This document shows, piece after piece, positions 63,201-64,000 of a stretch of 64,000 nucleotides of DNA (positions are counted from its first letter, which is position 1; each line of letters begins with the position of its first letter). Source of the stretch: Felis catus. Taxonomy: Eukaryota. The notes under the pieces were generated by a model, which saw nothing but the letters and a program-made list of their open reading frames with translations, was not told where the DNA came from and did not search any database. Where the stretch lies: the NCBI RefSeq assembly GCF_018350175.1, contig NC_058368.1, forward strand, positions 211,174,001 to 211,238,000, given 5' to 3'. The position numbers and the translations under genes are program-made.

Positions 63201-64000
63201 GTTTATCAATTTTGCTTATTTTTTCAAGAAACCAGCTCTTAGATTCATTGATCTGTTCTATTGTTTTTTTGGAGTCCGTATTGTTTATTTATGCTCTAAT
63301 CTTTATTATTTCTCTTCTTCTACGGCCTTGGGGTTTCTTTGCTGTTCTTCTATTTCCTTTAGTTGTGCTGTTAGGTTTTATATTTGGGATTTTTCTTGTT
63401 TCTTGAGATAGGCCTGGATTGCAATGTATTTTCCTCTAAGGACTGCCTTTGCTGCATCCCAAAGGGTTTGGACCATCATGTTTTCATTTTCATTTGCTTC
63501 CATATATTTTTTTAATTTCTTCATTAATTTCCTGGTTGACCCACTTAATCTTTAGTAGGATGTTCTTTAACCTCCATGCATTTGGAAGTTTTCCAAATTT
63601 TTTCTTCTGGTTGATTTCAAATTTTGTAGCATTGTGATGTGAAAATATGCATGGTCTGATCTCAATTCTTTTATATTTATTGAGAGATGTTTTGTGAACC
63701 AGTATATGATATACCTTGGAGAATGTTCCATGTGCACTCAAGAAGAATGTGTAGTCTGCTGCTTTTGGATGAAAAGCTTTTGTTCTGAATATCTGTCAAG
63801 TCCATCTGGTCCAGTATATCATTCAAGGCCATTATTTCTTTATTGATTTTCTGCCTATATTATCTGTCCATTGTTGTAAGTGGAGTATTAAAGCCCCCTG
63901 CAATTACCATACTCTTATCAATAAGATTGCTTATGTTTGATTAATATATTTGGGTATTTAACGTGGGGGGGCATAAATATTTACAATTGTTAGCTCTTCT
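60212..64000 (-). mobile_element. Felid/carnivore L1 (at least 3.8 kb, runs off the window): degenerate ORF2 plus 3' UTR
   Basis: Minus-strand peptides [40 protein letters not shown] (RT catalytic motif), KYLGINLTK, with frameshifts. Confidence 0.97.

Noticed and set aside
61180..63741. Minus-strand ORFs with FADDM RT motif and endonuclease-like peptides
   Set aside because: Frameshifted, degenerate L1 ORF2
1..64000. CRISPR array, prokaryotic operon or endogenous viral coding region
   Set aside because: No regularly spaced repeat-spacer structure, no gene-dense region, and no gag/pol/env-like peptides in the ORF track

Overview
Mammalian (carnivore, very likely felid) repeat-rich non-coding DNA. 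I recognise no intact protein-coding gene, RNA gene or CRISPR-like system. The protein-like ORFs in the track are broken LINE-1 ORF2 fragments or their antisense shadows; the rest look like chance or microsatellite ORFs. The window holds about 18 tRNA-derived CAN-SINEs (including a young feline-type copy), about 17 L1 pieces of several ages, about 7 MaLR/MLT1-type LTR remnants, hAT and Tigger-like DNA transposon relics, MIR/L2 relics and microsatellites. The best-supported observations are mechanistic footprints: two L1 3' transductions bounded by target-site duplications (TSDs), two twin-primed 5'-inverted L1s, a perfect 84-bp fold-back palindrome at a (TA)n tract, a three-layer nested insertion ending at a probable deletion, and a tail-to-tail inverted L1 pair. 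A minus-strand bias of LTRs and L1s suggests the window lies inside a + strand transcription unit. I found no convincing previously undescribed biological system. Exon and enhancer candidates are speculative. Repeat family names come from recall of consensus sequences and were not confirmed by search; boundaries of old repeats are approximate.
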